From Enterobacter phage vB_EhoM-IME523, in sequence record MN087708.1: a stretch of DNA of 40,000 nucleotides; one strand, given 5' to 3'. Of this stretch, positions 8,294-17,858 are shown one piece after another. The position numbers and the translations under genes were made by a program. The notes under the pieces are model-generated. The model searched no databases. It worked only from the letters and a program-made list of their open reading frames with translations, and had not been told where the DNA came from. Within the stretch, counting starts at the first letter, position 1, and each line of letters begins with the position of its first letter.

Positions 8294-8512
8294 TTAAAGT
8301 TCTACCGTTTGGCGTTCAAATTTAGTGCCGGTCGCCGTAATAGATTTAACTATAACTTGAATCACTTTAATTTCTGGATTAACAATACGTTCGTATTCTT
8401 TTTGAAACAAAACTTGATCTTTTTCTGGAAGATCAAAAAATGTTTGTTCTTTAGTCAGACCATAATATTCTTTCAATGAATTCATTATTTCTTGTCTGAT
8501 TTCCGGGTTCAT
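8294..8512 (-). CDS. Conserved small protein between regA and 43, 72 aa
   Basis: Complete ORF, coupled spacing to regA. Confidence 0.65.
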   Translation of the reverse strand: MNPEIRQEIMNSLKEYYGLTKEQTFFDLPEKDQVLFQKEYERIVNPEIKVIQVIVKSITATGTKFERQTVEL

Positions 8513-8513
8513 A

Positions 8514-8882
8514 TCAATTACCTATTGTGTATTTTGATTTCAATGTCCATTCATGTTTTTGTTTGAAAGAAATGACACGGAAGTTATTTGTCAGTTCTTT
8601 CATGAATGAACGTTGGCCTTGAGCAATTTCAATCAAGCCCCAATCTTCAAGCAGCCATGTAATAGAGTCACGACGAGTTTCATCTTCTTCGGTGAATTCA
8701 ACCTGTCGACCGTCCATCTTCAACATTTCTTTAAAGTGAACGATGTAATATTTTTCTTGCTTATGAAGAATATGACAACTCTGATAAAGAACTTTATCTT
8801 TATTGTTCGCAATACCCATACGAGTCAGAGTTTCTTTGACCTTCAAGAAGTCTTCAGGATTTTTCAGTTTAATTTCAATCAT
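8514..8882 (-). CDS. regA: RegA translational repressor, 122 aa
   Basis: MIEIKLKNPEDFLKVKETLTRMGIANNKDKVLYQSCHILHKQEKYYIVHFKEML; length and position as in T4. Confidence 0.95.
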   Translation of the reverse strand: MIEIKLKNPEDFLKVKETLTRMGIANNKDKVLYQSCHILHKQEKYYIVHFKEMLKMDGRQVEFTEEDETRRDSITWLLEDWGLIEIAQGQRSFMKELTNNFRVISFKQKHEWTLKSKYTIGN

Positions 8883-8883
8883 G

Positions 8884-9456
8884 TTACCATTCCAATGCTT
8901 TCTTTTTCAAATCTTTTTGTTCTTTAACATTCTTGGTCACATCTTTTAAGAATTCGTCTGTGACAAGCCCTTTCATCTTCTTCAACATCGCAGGAAGATG
9001 TCCTTTAGCTTTATATGTAGTGAGATACATACGAGCATCATCATTGTTGATATTGTGATACTTCATAAGAAGTTTAAGTAAGAATACTTCATTCACTTCA
9101 TCATCGTGGGCCTTAGCCCACTTACCAAATCTTTTACCTTTAGGAACAGAATGAAGCAAATAGTTAAAATGACTTTGGTCATCAAGCTTCAAACAGTTAG
9201 CCATTGCTGCCTGCATAATACAATCAACATGCTGACTTAGACTATTATTCACCCAGAACTGATTATAGTTCTCAGAGGCGTTCAGGTTACGTTGTTTCTT
9301 ACCGAATGTGATATCGTTCATGATAGCGAACAATTCATTCTCAGCTTTCTCTTTGAATGAATCAGCTAGCTCACGAATCTTATCTTCATCACGAGACTTC
9401 CAAGCAATCTCGTGTTCGTTCAGTTCAACATCATCATCAAAAAGACTTACAGCCAT
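8884..9456 (-). CDS. 62: Clamp loader small subunit gp62
   Basis: 190 aa; position between regA and 44. Confidence 0.93.
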   Translation of the reverse strand: MAVSLFDDDVELNEHEIAWKSRDEDKIRELADSFKEKAENELFAIMNDITFGKKQRNLNASENYNQFWVNNSLSQHVDCIMQAAMANCLKLDDQSHFNYLLHSVPKGKRFGKWAKAHDDEVNEVFLLKLLMKYHNINNDDARMYLTTYKAKGHLPAMLKKMKGLVTDEFLKDVTKNVKEQKDLKKKALEW

Positions 9457-10406
9457 TGGAGCTCCAGAGCAAGTTGGATGAACAAATAGGTCATGTGAAT
9501 TTCAGGGTTAGCAGCGATGCCATGATACTGATTATTTTCGCCGACAATTTCGTACATTCTAACAATGCTTGGCCCAGGCAATTTAGTATAAACATCATTT
9601 ACCAAAGCCTGTAAAAAGTTTGCATAATCGTTTACATGTCGTGGGGCTAATGAACGAAGAGTTTTAAAGTCTTTCGCTTTCAATGCATCAACAACATCAT
9701 CGATTGGAGTACGAGTATTCATCACAATGCTCAGAATACCTGCATCAATCTTACCTGACTGGCTATATTGGTCAAGAAGATTGACAACCTTACGGAAGTC
9801 TGGGAAGTTGTGCTTAACTAGTGCGCCAATGACCTTAAGGTCTTCAACTTCAACTTCTTCATTCTTACAGATTTCAACAGAACGACGAATCATTTCTTTC
9901 ATCATTAAATTCTGGTCTGCAGGAGTGGCTTCACCAAACGTAATAACACGACAACGTGATTGCAATGGAGTAATGATACCGTCAATGCTGTTAGCTGTAA
10001 TAACTACTGAACAGTTCGAAGAGTACGCATCGATAAATGAACGCATATAACGTTGAGATTCTGCTACACCTTGTGAATCGTATTCGTCAATAACAATTAC
10101 TTTACGTCGACCTTCAATCGATTTAGAAGATGCAAAACGAGTCAGTTCGTTACGGACAAAATCAATACGACAGTCAGAACCTTTAACAAAAAACATTTCT
10201 GAATTTGTATCATTGCATAATGCACGTGCAACAGTTGTTTTACCTGTACCAGGACTTGCTGAAACTAAAATAAGGTTCGGTACAAGCCCTTTAGCCACAA
10301 TACCTTCAAAGATTTTCTTGTCTTCAGCAGGAAGAATACATTCAGAAATAGTTCCTGGACGATATTTCAATTCCCACATGAATTCTTTATTGTTTACTGT
10401 CAACAT
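9447..10406 (-). CDS. 44: Clamp loader large subunit gp44 (AAA+), 319 aa
   Basis: ELKYRPGTISECILP, SASPGTGKTTVARAL, VIVIDEYD; start reset to MLTVNNKEF with SD GAGG, giving 319 aa. Confidence 0.96.
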   Translation of the reverse strand: MLTVNNKEFMWELKYRPGTISECILPAEDKKIFEGIVAKGLVPNLILVSASPGTGKTTVARALCNDTNSEMFFVKGSDCRIDFVRNELTRFASSKSIEGRRKVIVIDEYDSQGVAESQRYMRSFIDAYSSNCSVVITANSIDGIITPLQSRCRVITFGEATPADQNLMMKEMIRRSVEICKNEEVEVEDLKVIGALVKHNFPDFRKVVNLLDQYSQSGKIDAGILSIVMNTRTPIDDVVDALKAKDFKTLRSLAPRHVNDYANFLQALVNDVYTKLPGPSIVRMYEIVGENNQYHGIAANPEIHMTYLFIQLALELQWL

Positions 10407-10440
10407 ATCATTTTCCTCAGTTAGTTTCACTTAATACTCC

Positions 10441-10460
10441 AAGGAGACCGAAGTCTCCTT
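10441..10460 (-). terminator. UUCG-tetraloop stem-loop after gene 45
   Basis: Minus strand AAGGAGAC-TTCG-GTCTCCTT. Confidence 0.65.
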
Positions 10461-10464
10461 TATT

Positions 10465-11151
10465 TTAAAACGAATGGCTAGAACCATCTTCCATTGCAAT
10501 AACGTAAGAGGCTTGAGAACCTTCAAACTTAGCAGCGAACTTTTTATCAGCAGCCCACAGATGGACACGATAATCAGCAGGAATCATTTTCAGGTTAGTT
10601 TTGTTGATGATGAATTTAAAATCAGGACCATCATGGTCACCAACAACCAGAGAATACAGTTGACGGTTCAGATCTTTGTCTTCAAGCTGGTTATGACCAT
10701 CGATAACAATCTTACCATCTTTAGCACGAATAACCAGCGTATCAATTTTCAGACCGTTTGAAGCACGCAGCAGCTGCTGCAGGTCTTCACCCTTAAGATC
10801 GAAAATAACCTTAGCCACTGGGAAAGGAATTTTCTTGGCTGGGAACACAATAGTGCTTGGGTCAGCCACCGGCCAGAAGATTGTTGAACGTTGGTCACGA
10901 ATAACCAGATTAGTTTCATCTTCACTTACAGAAACTTCAGCAGAATCAGAAACCAGACCCAGAATAGACAGGAAGCCGTTCAGGTCATAGATTGCTGCTT
11001 CGAAATCAATTTCATCATTGATATCTGCTTCGCCATAACTTGCACCTGACACAGAACGAGTCAGAATTGTATTGCCTGGACGAAGCATAATGCCAGAGTA
11101 AATGGAAGAGAAGTTTTTCAGTACGGAGATAGTATCTTTAGAGAATTTCAT
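10465..11151 (-). CDS. 45: Sliding clamp gp45, 228 aa
   Basis: MKFSKDTISVLKNFSSIYSGIMLRPGNTILTRSVSG; length and order match T4. Confidence 0.96.
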   Translation of the reverse strand: MKFSKDTISVLKNFSSIYSGIMLRPGNTILTRSVSGASYGEADINDEIDFEAAIYDLNGFLSILGLVSDSAEVSVSEDETNLVIRDQRSTIFWPVADPSTIVFPAKKIPFPVAKVIFDLKGEDLQQLLRASNGLKIDTLVIRAKDGKIVIDGHNQLEDKDLNRQLYSLVVGDHDGPDFKFIINKTNLKMIPADYRVHLWAADKKFAAKFEGSQASYVIAMEDGSSHSF

Positions 11152-11179
11152 TTAATTACCTTTTATTCAAGTCAGTTAA

Positions 11180-11611
11180 TTATACAACAGCTTCGATTAC
11201 AGCCATTTGTTTCTTAATTGCAGCTGGCAGAGATTCGATGAATTCTGGAATACTCGCAGCAATAATTTCAGCAGCCTGAATAAGTTGTTCATCTGCATCA
11301 ACACAATATTCGTCTTCAAGACGATCAGCACCAACAGGGTCAATTACGAACTTAGCACCAGCAGCTACGCTGTCGGCAATGTGCTTACGCATGATTTCGA
11401 GCCATTTGTCATTTACTTCATCATCAATAGCTTCATAAAGCATGAACTTAGTTTCTTGTGGCAGTGATTGCAGTCGAGTAGCAGAATCAGAATCACAATG
11501 CAGAACCCATGCACGACGAATTTTGTTTTGGTTATTAGGGTTAGAATCGGTACGGACGTTTTTAGGTTGGATATCACGAGCGGTAATGCCGATTGCAGAA
11601 GCGTATGTCAT
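11180..11611 (-). CDS. rpbA: RNA polymerase-binding protein RpbA-like
   Basis: Position immediately upstream of 45 and comparable length; assignment mainly by synteny. Confidence 0.6.
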   Translation of the reverse strand: MTYASAIGITARDIQPKNVRTDSNPNNQNKIRRAWVLHCDSDSATRLQSLPQETKFMLYEAIDDEVNDKWLEIMRKHIADSVAAGAKFVIDPVGADRLEDEYCVDADEQLIQAAEIIAASIPEFIESLPAAIKKQMAVIEAVV

Positions 11612-11650
11612 ATTATTTCTCTCTAATCAAGTTATTCATTTAACGTGGTA

Positions 11651-11675
11651 ATTTTAACATAAGTAATTGAAAGCA
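11651..11675 (-). promoter_or_regulatory. Candidate MotA-dependent middle promoter
   Basis: Minus strand AATGCTTTC mot box-like, 12 nt, TAAAAT. Confidence 0.45.
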
Positions 11676-11710
11676 TTCGGATTAAGCTATTCAATTACTT
11701 ATTCACTTAC

Positions 11711-11905
11711 TTATTCAAAATACTCATAGACGAACCATGATGTATTTCTTCCAGACATTATCTTATCACACTCGTCAAGAAAAGCATCTCTCAACATTTT
11801 TTCAGTAACAAGATGATAAGTCTCGTTGATATTGTTTACTAACACATATCGTTTTAAATCAGGGGCGGCCAGTAAGTGCTGGCCTGTTGTAAATTCAATT
11901 GCCAT
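11711..11905 (-). CDS. Hypothetical protein, 64 aa (45.x position)
   Basis: Complete ORF abutting gene 46. Confidence 0.6.
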   Translation of the reverse strand: MAIEFTTGQHLLAAPDLKRYVLVNNINETYHLVTEKMLRDAFLDECDKIMSGRNTSWFVYEYFE

Positions 11906-13599
11906 TATTCCATCACCGTGAAACGACCTACTTTCTTCATTTGAAGATGTTGGCCATATGCCTGTGGGTCATGGTCTCTGTGACTAATAATGAAAATGTT
12001 CGTATCTTTAAGACTATTAAGAATCATACCAATAGTTTTAACACCGTCGGTATCAGTAGCCGAATCGAATACCTCATCAAGAATCAACGTGGATATATTA
12101 ACACCACTTACCTGAGAAGCAATATCGCGCCATGTAAACAACAGAGCGATATCGATACGAGCCTTTTCACCTTGGCTAAAGCTGAAATAGCTAAAGTCTT
12201 CACGACCACGAGATTTAATCGTTTCGTTAAATTCTTCATCTAAAGTGAATACATAATCGGCTTCCATGATTTTCAAGTAGTGGTTAATCTTCTTGTTAAA
12301 CATTGGAATGTACTTCTTAATGATTGCACCTTTGATGCCAGAATCTTTCAACATCTCTGTCAAAATACCACGATGATATTTTTCCATTACGAGCGTTGTC
12401 TTTTCTTTAACTAATTTATCAAGTTCTACTTGAAGCTTAGCAATTTCATCAGCATGGCTAATGAATTCTGCAGCAGCCTGGTCAATAAGAACTTTAACTT
12501 TCTTAGCCTTTTCTACAGCAGTGATTGCAGTAGATTTATGAGCCTGAATTTGGTTCTTGATTTCACGAGCTTTACCTTGTTGAGCATGAACTTCATCTTG
12601 AATCAATTTCAGCTCACGATATTGTTCGTTTATTTTATCTAAAGATTTTTGAAGCTCAAAGTTTTTGTCTTTAATTTTAGTCAAGACATTACCATGTTCT
12701 TCAAGCCCCTGCATGCACGTAGGACAATGCCCACCGGTCTCATAAAGCTTGATTACCTTTGTGAAGGTTGCGATATCATTCTTGATTGCGAATCCTTCAT
12801 TGCTCAGGTCACTCAGGCGAGCGCTAGGGTCATCATCGATGATAACGGCAAGTAAATCATCAGTTAGCTTTTCAATGTTCGCCTTGGCCGCCCTGGCTTC
12901 ACTTACTAAGTCATCGTACATTGTCTGCAGACGAGCAGCATTCTCACCTGATAATTTCTTCTGACGTTCTTCGTTGTCGTTATAGATTTTAATCTGTTGA
13001 GTTATACCATCTTGCTTAACATCAATAACTTGGATTTGGCTGTTAGTTTCACGAATCAAAGATTTGTTCAGTTTGTCCATTTCAGCCAGAATACTTACTT
13101 CGAGCAAATCCTCGACAAGTTTTCTTCGAGCGGGAGTTGACAATCCCATGAAAGGAGTATATCCAGCCGTTCCGAGTACGACAACCTGTTTGAAGCTTGA
13201 ATAAGACATTCCAATGAGCTGTTCAAACTGTTCTTGAAAGTCTTTGGCGGAGGCAGATTCGTCGAGAGGTTTACCATTAACACTGATTTCGAAGACATTT
13301 GGTTTTTGCCCACGTTTGATGTAATATTCTTTTCCATCAAATTCCATCCAGAGTTCGACCAAAAGGTCTTTCTTGTTAGAACTGTTTACGAGCTGGCCTT
13401 TCTTAACATCACGGAATGGTTTACCGAATAAAGCAAACGTGATTGCTTCGAGGAATGTTGATTTGCCTGCACCGTTCTTACCAGTTACAAGAGTCTTTTG
13501 GACCTTATCAAGTTCAATAGTGATGGGCGCTGCGCCCACCGACATAATATTTTTATAGATGACTTTCTTTAACTTAAACGTTTTCACTATACCATTCAT
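11905..13599 (-). CDS. 46: Recombination exonuclease subunit gp46 (SbcC/Rad50-like)
   Basis: KLKKVIYKNIMSVG, VTGKNGAGKSTFLEAITFALFGKPFRDVKKGQL, CPTC hook, FSQGEKARIDIALLFTWRDIAS, LILDEVFDS. Confidence 0.97.
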   Translation of the reverse strand: MNGIVKTFKLKKVIYKNIMSVGAAPITIELDKVQKTLVTGKNGAGKSTFLEAITFALFGKPFRDVKKGQLVNSSNKKDLLVELWMEFDGKEYYIKRGQKPNVFEISVNGKPLDESASAKDFQEQFEQLIGMSYSSFKQVVVLGTAGYTPFMGLSTPARRKLVEDLLEVSILAEMDKLNKSLIRETNSQIQVIDVKQDGITQQIKIYNDNEERQKKLSGENAARLQTMYDDLVSEARAAKANIEKLTDDLLAVIIDDDPSARLSDLSNEGFAIKNDIATFTKVIKLYETGGHCPTCMQGLEEHGNVLTKIKDKNFELQKSLDKINEQYRELKLIQDEVHAQQGKAREIKNQIQAHKSTAITAVEKAKKVKVLIDQAAAEFISHADEIAKLQVELDKLVKEKTTLVMEKYHRGILTEMLKDSGIKGAIIKKYIPMFNKKINHYLKIMEADYVFTLDEEFNETIKSRGREDFSYFSFSQGEKARIDIALLFTWRDIASQVSGVNISTLILDEVFDSATDTDGVKTIGMILNSLKDTNIFIISHRDHDPQAYGQHLQMKKVGRFTVME

Positions 13600-13831
13600 C
13601 CTTAATAAGAGTTTCGGCTAATTCTAATACGTAAGTAGGAGTATCATCCGGATATGCATTAAAACTAAACTCTACACCCATGTCTGTAGTAACATGATAA
13701 CCTTTAGCGTTTAAATCGTCATCAAATTTAGCACTGATGTTGTATTTGATGTAAAAAGTACAATCAAGATGTTCTACATAACAGACGTGCTCTTCGTGCA
13801 TATAAGAGCCCATGAATACATCATATTTCAT
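13574..13831 (-). CDS. Hypothetical protein, 85 aa (46.1/46.2 position)
   Basis: Complete ORF between 46 and 47 with overlapping ends. Confidence 0.65.
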   Translation of the reverse strand: MKYDVFMGSYMHEEHVCYVEHLDCTFYIKYNISAKFDDDLNAKGYHVTTDMGVEFSFNAYPDDTPTYVLELAETLIKDEWYSENV

Positions 13832-14847
13832 TTACTCACCTCAATATAAAGCTGTTTGGCTAAAGACTTCAATGATTTACGGTCTTCATCAGAATGACCA
13901 TCCGGAAGAGCATCAATATAATCTTCCATCAAATCAAGCAATGACTTGATGTCGACTTCTTCATCGCTGTCATTATCTACACTGTCATCAACCTTCGAAA
14001 CAATTCTAAGTGAATGAACTACTTTTTCGAGTTCACTTTCAAACTTAGGTAGTCCTTTATCAACTTGCTCAACAATGACACGAACTGCCAGATTTTTAAA
14101 TTCGTCGTAATTGATTGTTTCGTTGGGATAACTAATCTTACGGTGCCATGTTGTAGAATTTGGGACGAAGTCAAACGTCGCTTTTTGAGTGTCCTGAACC
14201 CAGAATCCTCGAGGATCGTTTTCGTCGCCTGCTGTAAGCGTCCATGGTGTGCCGATGTATTTGACATTAGCTGCGCTAGAGATTGTGTGGAAATGGCCTG
14301 ACCACACTTGTTTGTATTTTTTGAGGAAGTCTGGTTCGAGCCCATGAGATTTCATTCCTTTATAGAAATAGAAGCCGTTAAGTTCCCAATGCCCAATACA
14401 ATATTCAGCAGAACTTGTTTTGATATGTTCCATGATTTCAGTTGTGTTTTCGTCACACATCCATGGAATCAAATCAATCAACGTACCATCGAAATCCATC
14501 GAAACGGGTTTTTCAATAACAGTCACATTAGAATACTTACCAAGAACTTCTTGAGCTGCATTAGGAGTCAATGTGTTCTTGTAGTGCATATCATGATTAC
14601 CAACAATAGTAATCAGATGAATACCTGCTTCAGCCAGTTCTTCAATAATCTGACGAGCGAATTCCATACACTTGTGTGTAATTGCTTTACGTACGTCGAA
14701 AATATCGCCATATTGGATAATAATTTTGATATTGTGCTTTTTAGCATAAGCAATATGCTCACGAATGCCCTTTAATTGGATTTCTTGAACCCATGGGTCA
14801 TCTGCTTTCACACCTAAGTGCCAGTCACCACTGTGAATAATCTTCAT
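13828..14847 (-). CDS. 47: Recombination endonuclease subunit gp47 (SbcD/Mre11-like), 339 aa
   Basis: MKIIHSGDWHLGVKADDP, YGDIFD, VGNHD, SGHFHT phosphoesterase motifs. Confidence 0.97.
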   Translation of the reverse strand: MKIIHSGDWHLGVKADDPWVQEIQLKGIREHIAYAKKHNIKIIIQYGDIFDVRKAITHKCMEFARQIIEELAEAGIHLITIVGNHDMHYKNTLTPNAAQEVLGKYSNVTVIEKPVSMDFDGTLIDLIPWMCDENTTEIMEHIKTSSAEYCIGHWELNGFYFYKGMKSHGLEPDFLKKYKQVWSGHFHTISSAANVKYIGTPWTLTAGDENDPRGFWVQDTQKATFDFVPNSTTWHRKISYPNETINYDEFKNLAVRVIVEQVDKGLPKFESELEKVVHSLRIVSKVDDSVDNDSDEEVDIKSLLDLMEDYIDALPDGHSDEDRKSLKSLAKQLYIEVSK

Positions 14848-14987
14848 ATATCAAGCGCCGTCATTGCAATACAAAATAAAATTATTGAGATAAGCCCGTC
14901 AGGAGTAGAAAAGAATCCTATCCAACAAGCTCGTGTAAATGTGTAGAATGCCATGATCAACACGACATATCCTAAAAATAATTCCAT
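14844..14987 (-). CDS. Small membrane protein, 47 aa (not in supplied track)
   Basis: MELFLGYVVLIMAFYTFTRACWIGFFSTPDGLISIILFCIAMTALDI; strong SD GAGGAG; ATGA overlap with gene 47. Confidence 0.75.
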   Translation of the reverse strand: MELFLGYVVLIMAFYTFTRACWIGFFSTPDGLISIILFCIAMTALDI

Positions 14988-15008
14988 AATGTTCTCCTCA
15001 GTTGGTTT

Positions 15009-15033
15009 ATTATAAGCTCCCGAATGTATAGCA
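15009..15033 (-). promoter_or_regulatory. Candidate middle promoter upstream of the 47-aa ORF and gene 47
   Basis: Minus strand TGCTATA - 12 nt - TATAAT, directly after a terminator. Confidence 0.45.
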
Positions 15034-15035
15034 GA

Positions 15036-15055
15036 AAAGGGACCGAAGTCCCTTT
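15036..15055 (-). terminator. UUCG-tetraloop stem-loop terminator
   Basis: AAAGGGAC-TTCG-GTCCCTTT on the minus strand, perfect 8-bp stem. Confidence 0.75.
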
Positions 15056-15191
15056 AAATTTTCTTGTACGTGATTGTACCTTCGGCTTTAGCCTTTGCCA
15101 ATGATTCTTTGAATCGTCTCATTGCTTCAACCTTACCGGCACGAACCTTTTCATAATCAGGTTTAGATGAGTTCTGTGCTGATGAAGACAT
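15054..15191 (-). CDS. Small basic protein, 45 aa (not in supplied track)
   Basis: MSSSAQNSSKPDYEKVRAGKVEAMRRFKESLAKAKAEGTITYKKI; 3' end overlaps the terminator. Confidence 0.6.
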   Translation of the reverse strand: MSSSAQNSSKPDYEKVRAGKVEAMRRFKESLAKAKAEGTITYKKI

Positions 15192-15236
15192 CTACATCCT
15201 CTGCATTAACAAAGAATTCTGAACAATCAGGTTCTC

Positions 15237-15482
15237 TTACCATTGATACCACCTTTTAACTTGGGCTGTATCAACCCAAACAACTTCTTTAGGATTAGCC
15301 TTAATAGCTGGGCCTGTGTCACCTAGGACACGATAGTGGGTTTCGGATAACTTAACAGCCATAACACCATTAGCCACAGACAAAGTGAACCCTGCGTTAA
15401 CCTTGAGACGCTTAAACGGTTTTTGTACCAGCATTGATAATATTCCAGATTTGTTGACGAGTAGTTTCCCACATCGTGGCAA
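15237..15482 (-). CDS. Hypothetical protein (start uncertain)
   Basis: ORF, may start internally at MLVQKPFKRL. Confidence 0.5.
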   Translation of the reverse strand: MPRCGKLLVNKSGILSMLVQKPFKRLKVNAGFTLSVANGVMAVKLSETHYRVLGDTGPAIKANPKEVVWVDTAQVKRWYQW

Positions 15483-15726
15483 TCATGTCGTCGGTGTAAG
15501 GTTGACGATAGATTTTACGCAACTTTTTAATTGCATATTCATACGCCGGATAATTATTTTCTAATACAGCACCTTGAGCGTGCAGGTTCAAACGTTGGAT
15601 TTCACGTTTGTTCTTTTTAAGAATTGCATCTGCCTGAGCTGTCGCTTCTTTAGCATTTGCTTCTTCTAAACGCTTCTGGGCTTCTTCAATTTGTTCATCA
15701 GTCAATTGAGATAGGCTGTCAATCAT
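15412..15726 (-). CDS. Hypothetical protein, 104 aa
   Basis: Complete ORF, tight packing. Confidence 0.65.
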   Translation of the reverse strand: MIDSLSQLTDEQIEEAQKRLEEANAKEATAQADAILKKNKREIQRLNLHAQGAVLENNYPAYEYAIKKLRKIYRQPYTDDMIATMWETTRQQIWNIINAGTKTV

Positions 15727-15728
15727 TG

Positions 15729-15962
15729 TTATTCCTTAGGAGTCAATTCAATATCGAGATAGAACAAATCATCAATTAGATGATACGAATATTCTACCTC
15801 ATTTTCTTCACTGGTCAATTCAACTCGACCAGGATTTTTTGGGTCGATTGAAATCGGTAAATTTTCAACGTCTCGTAAGTACATCTTAAGCAAATACGGT
15901 AATGCTGATACGTCGTCACCGATTTCATCTAGAAACCCAGTGAGGTTAATTTGAAGCCTCAT
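15729..15962 (-). CDS. Hypothetical protein, 77 aa
   Basis: Complete ORF overlapping the 3' end of 55. Confidence 0.65.
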   Translation of the reverse strand: MRLQINLTGFLDEIGDDVSALPYLLKMYLRDVENLPISIDPKNPGRVELTSEENEVEYSYHLIDDLFYLDIELTPKE

Positions 15963-16503
15963 ATAAAAAATCCAATTCGCCTTCTTTAGGTTCGTCGCTC
16001 TTATCAGACCCTGGCGTCTTAATTAAAGAAGTTTCATACTGCGTCATTTTATCGTAGATATCTTGGATAAATGTTTCATCCGCCATGCCTACGATATCAT
16101 CGTCACCAGCGTCATAGACGTTATGGACGAAGTAGCTGTATTTCTTTGCCATTTCTTTACGTTCTTTTTTGATACGCTGAACGAAGGCATTAAAACAAGC
16201 CATTGTGATATACGCATGTGGGTTATCATATTTCGTTTCATCGAAGTTATGGAGGCCTTTAATCGCCGCTTCGATACCGTCTGCTATCATTTCTTCTTTC
16301 CAGGATTGGGTATATCCTGAGAAGTTGAAGCGTTTTGACAGACCTTGTGCAATGAGCATAATAGCCAGACCGATAATATCATTCTGACGAACGATTTTGT
16401 TAGGGTCTTTATTAGCTCGGAGCTTTTCTTTCCATTCGGAAATAGCTTTTAAAAGCTCCTTATTATTTACATAATTGTTTTTGGTCAGACGTGGTTGTTC
16501 CAT
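15946..16503 (-). CDS. 55: Late sigma factor gp55
   Basis: [84 protein letters not shown] is nearly identical to T4 gp55; start reset to MEQPRL with SD AAAGAGG. Confidence 0.98.
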   Translation of the reverse strand: MEQPRLTKNNYVNNKELLKAISEWKEKLRANKDPNKIVRQNDIIGLAIMLIAQGLSKRFNFSGYTQSWKEEMIADGIEAAIKGLHNFDETKYDNPHAYITMACFNAFVQRIKKERKEMAKKYSYFVHNVYDAGDDDIVGMADETFIQDIYDKMTQYETSLIKTPGSDKSDEPKEGELDFLYEASN

Positions 16504-16568
16504 ATAAGCCTCTTTACTCAATTCATAGGTCCATTATATCATAGGTTGAGGGACCTGAATTTAAAGCA

Positions 16569-16841
16569 TCAAAAGGCGTTAGGACATGTCTCATTCCAAT
16601 GCTGTCGTGCTATATCAGCAAAACGGTTAAATTCAATCGGATTCAACATAGGACGGTTATTAACCTTTGTTGCATGATGAATAGAACCTAAAAACATCGA
16701 TTGGTTAATAACCAAGTCACGAAGATGGTTTTCAAAAAGTTGTCCGGCGTCGTCATCATGATATTGAATAACATTATCTTTGCCGAGGATAAGCATACCA
16801 TCTAAAGTAAGAAAACGATAAGGAAGTTTCAAATTAATCAT
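16569..16841 (-). CDS. Hypothetical protein, 90 aa
   Basis: Complete ORF. Confidence 0.6.
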   Translation of the reverse strand: MINLKLPYRFLTLDGMLILGKDNVIQYHDDDAGQLFENHLRDLVINQSMFLGSIHHATKVNNRPMLNPIEFNRFADIARQHWNETCPNAF

Positions 16842-17113
16842 GGTAATTTCCTCAGAATCTGGTACATCTCGAACAACCGCTCACAGATGTTCAGGAACTC
16901 TTTATAGCTGAATGGTGCTTCAGTGAAGCCAATTTCTTTCACGTATTCAGTGAGCTCACGATACAAACGTTCATAATGGCTATGATTCAGCTCGGACACA
17001 TGCCACTGATAACTATCATCGGCTTCTTCGTATGGGATAAAATATACTCCCATGTAGCTGTCAACAACGAATTGTACTGTACCATAGTCTAAAGCTAATT
17101 GATTGCGGTTCAT
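16838..17113 (-). CDS. Hypothetical protein, 91 aa
   Basis: Complete ORF, overlapping stop/start. Confidence 0.65.
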   Translation of the reverse strand: MNRNQLALDYGTVQFVVDSYMGVYFIPYEEADDSYQWHVSELNHSHYERLYRELTEYVKEIGFTEAPFSYKEFLNICERLFEMYQILRKLP

Positions 17114-17331
17114 TACATTACATCCTTAGCATAATCGACAGCCTGGAATACCGTAGCGAATTCGTCACGATATTCATAATGGTTTTCTTTAGTTTCGTAA
17201 AGGAACCAGCGTCCGAAGTCTTCTTCGATAATAAAGTTATCACCTTCGACCGTAGTTTGCCCTTCATCATTTTTAACCAGATATCCTAAGAGACGAAGAT
17301 TAGCGATATCATCAGGAGTTAATTCAGTCAT
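17113..17331 (-). CDS. Hypothetical protein, 72 aa
   Basis: Complete ORF. Confidence 0.65.
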   Translation of the reverse strand: MTELTPDDIANLRLLGYLVKNDEGQTTVEGDNFIIEEDFGRWFLYETKENHYEYRDEFATVFQAVDYAKDVM

Positions 17332-17584
17332 TCAAATATTCCTTAAACTCTTCTAAATTCATAGCTTCATTCCACGCCAAAACAAGAGTTGCTTCAATGA
17401 AGATTGAAGGTCTTTCGCTGCTAACTGGGTATATTCTACACTCACGTTTAGAAGCATTCAATAATCTATAGCCGTTCACAATAGCTTCATATTTTGTAAA
17501 TCTGGCGCTAGCTTTACGCAATTTAGACCCATCTTTATAAATCAGATAAACGCCTACGCCTTCAGGAAGCTTATTCATAATCAA
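17324..17584 (-). CDS. Hypothetical protein, 86 aa
   Basis: Complete ORF. Confidence 0.65.
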   Translation of the reverse strand: MIMNKLPEGVGVYLIYKDGSKLRKASARFTKYEAIVNGYRLLNASKRECRIYPVSSERPSIFIEATLVLAWNEAMNLEEFKEYLND

Positions 17585-17858
17585 AATATTCCTGTAGTTC
17601 AGAAACGGTTAATCCTTCCATCCACATTTCGCCGATTGGTGGCTCCTTCCAATCATATTTGTGTTCAGTACCACCCATAGGGCGTGGATAGATACGAAGG
17701 TTATGAAGCTTGCCTTCAACAAACAACTGGTTAAGTTCAATAGGGCCGATATAACCATGGACTTTTGAAACTTGAGAGTGCCAGAAGCTGACCTTTTCAA
17801 GTTTCAAAACAACGAATCGAGTACCTACCGGGCATCCGGCTAAATTTAAGGCTGTCAT
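17571..17858 (-). CDS. Hypothetical protein, 95 aa
   Basis: Complete ORF. Confidence 0.65.
   Translation of the reverse strand: MTALNLAGCPVGTRFVVLKLEKVSFWHSQVSKVHGYIGPIELNQLFVEGKLHNLRIYPRPMGGTEHKYDWKEPPIGEMWMEGLTVSELQEYFDYE

Noticed and set aside
13095-13340. Minus-strand ORF of 81 aa
   Set aside because: Inside gene 46 in another frame.
16532-16567. mot-box-like TGCTTTA with TATAAT upstream of gene 55
   Set aside because: Spacing is 23 nt rather than about 12 and no GTTTAC at the -35; a TATAAT exists but class unclear, so not called.
17609-17800. Minus-strand 63-aa ORF
   Set aside because: Nested in the 17571-17858 gene in another frame.
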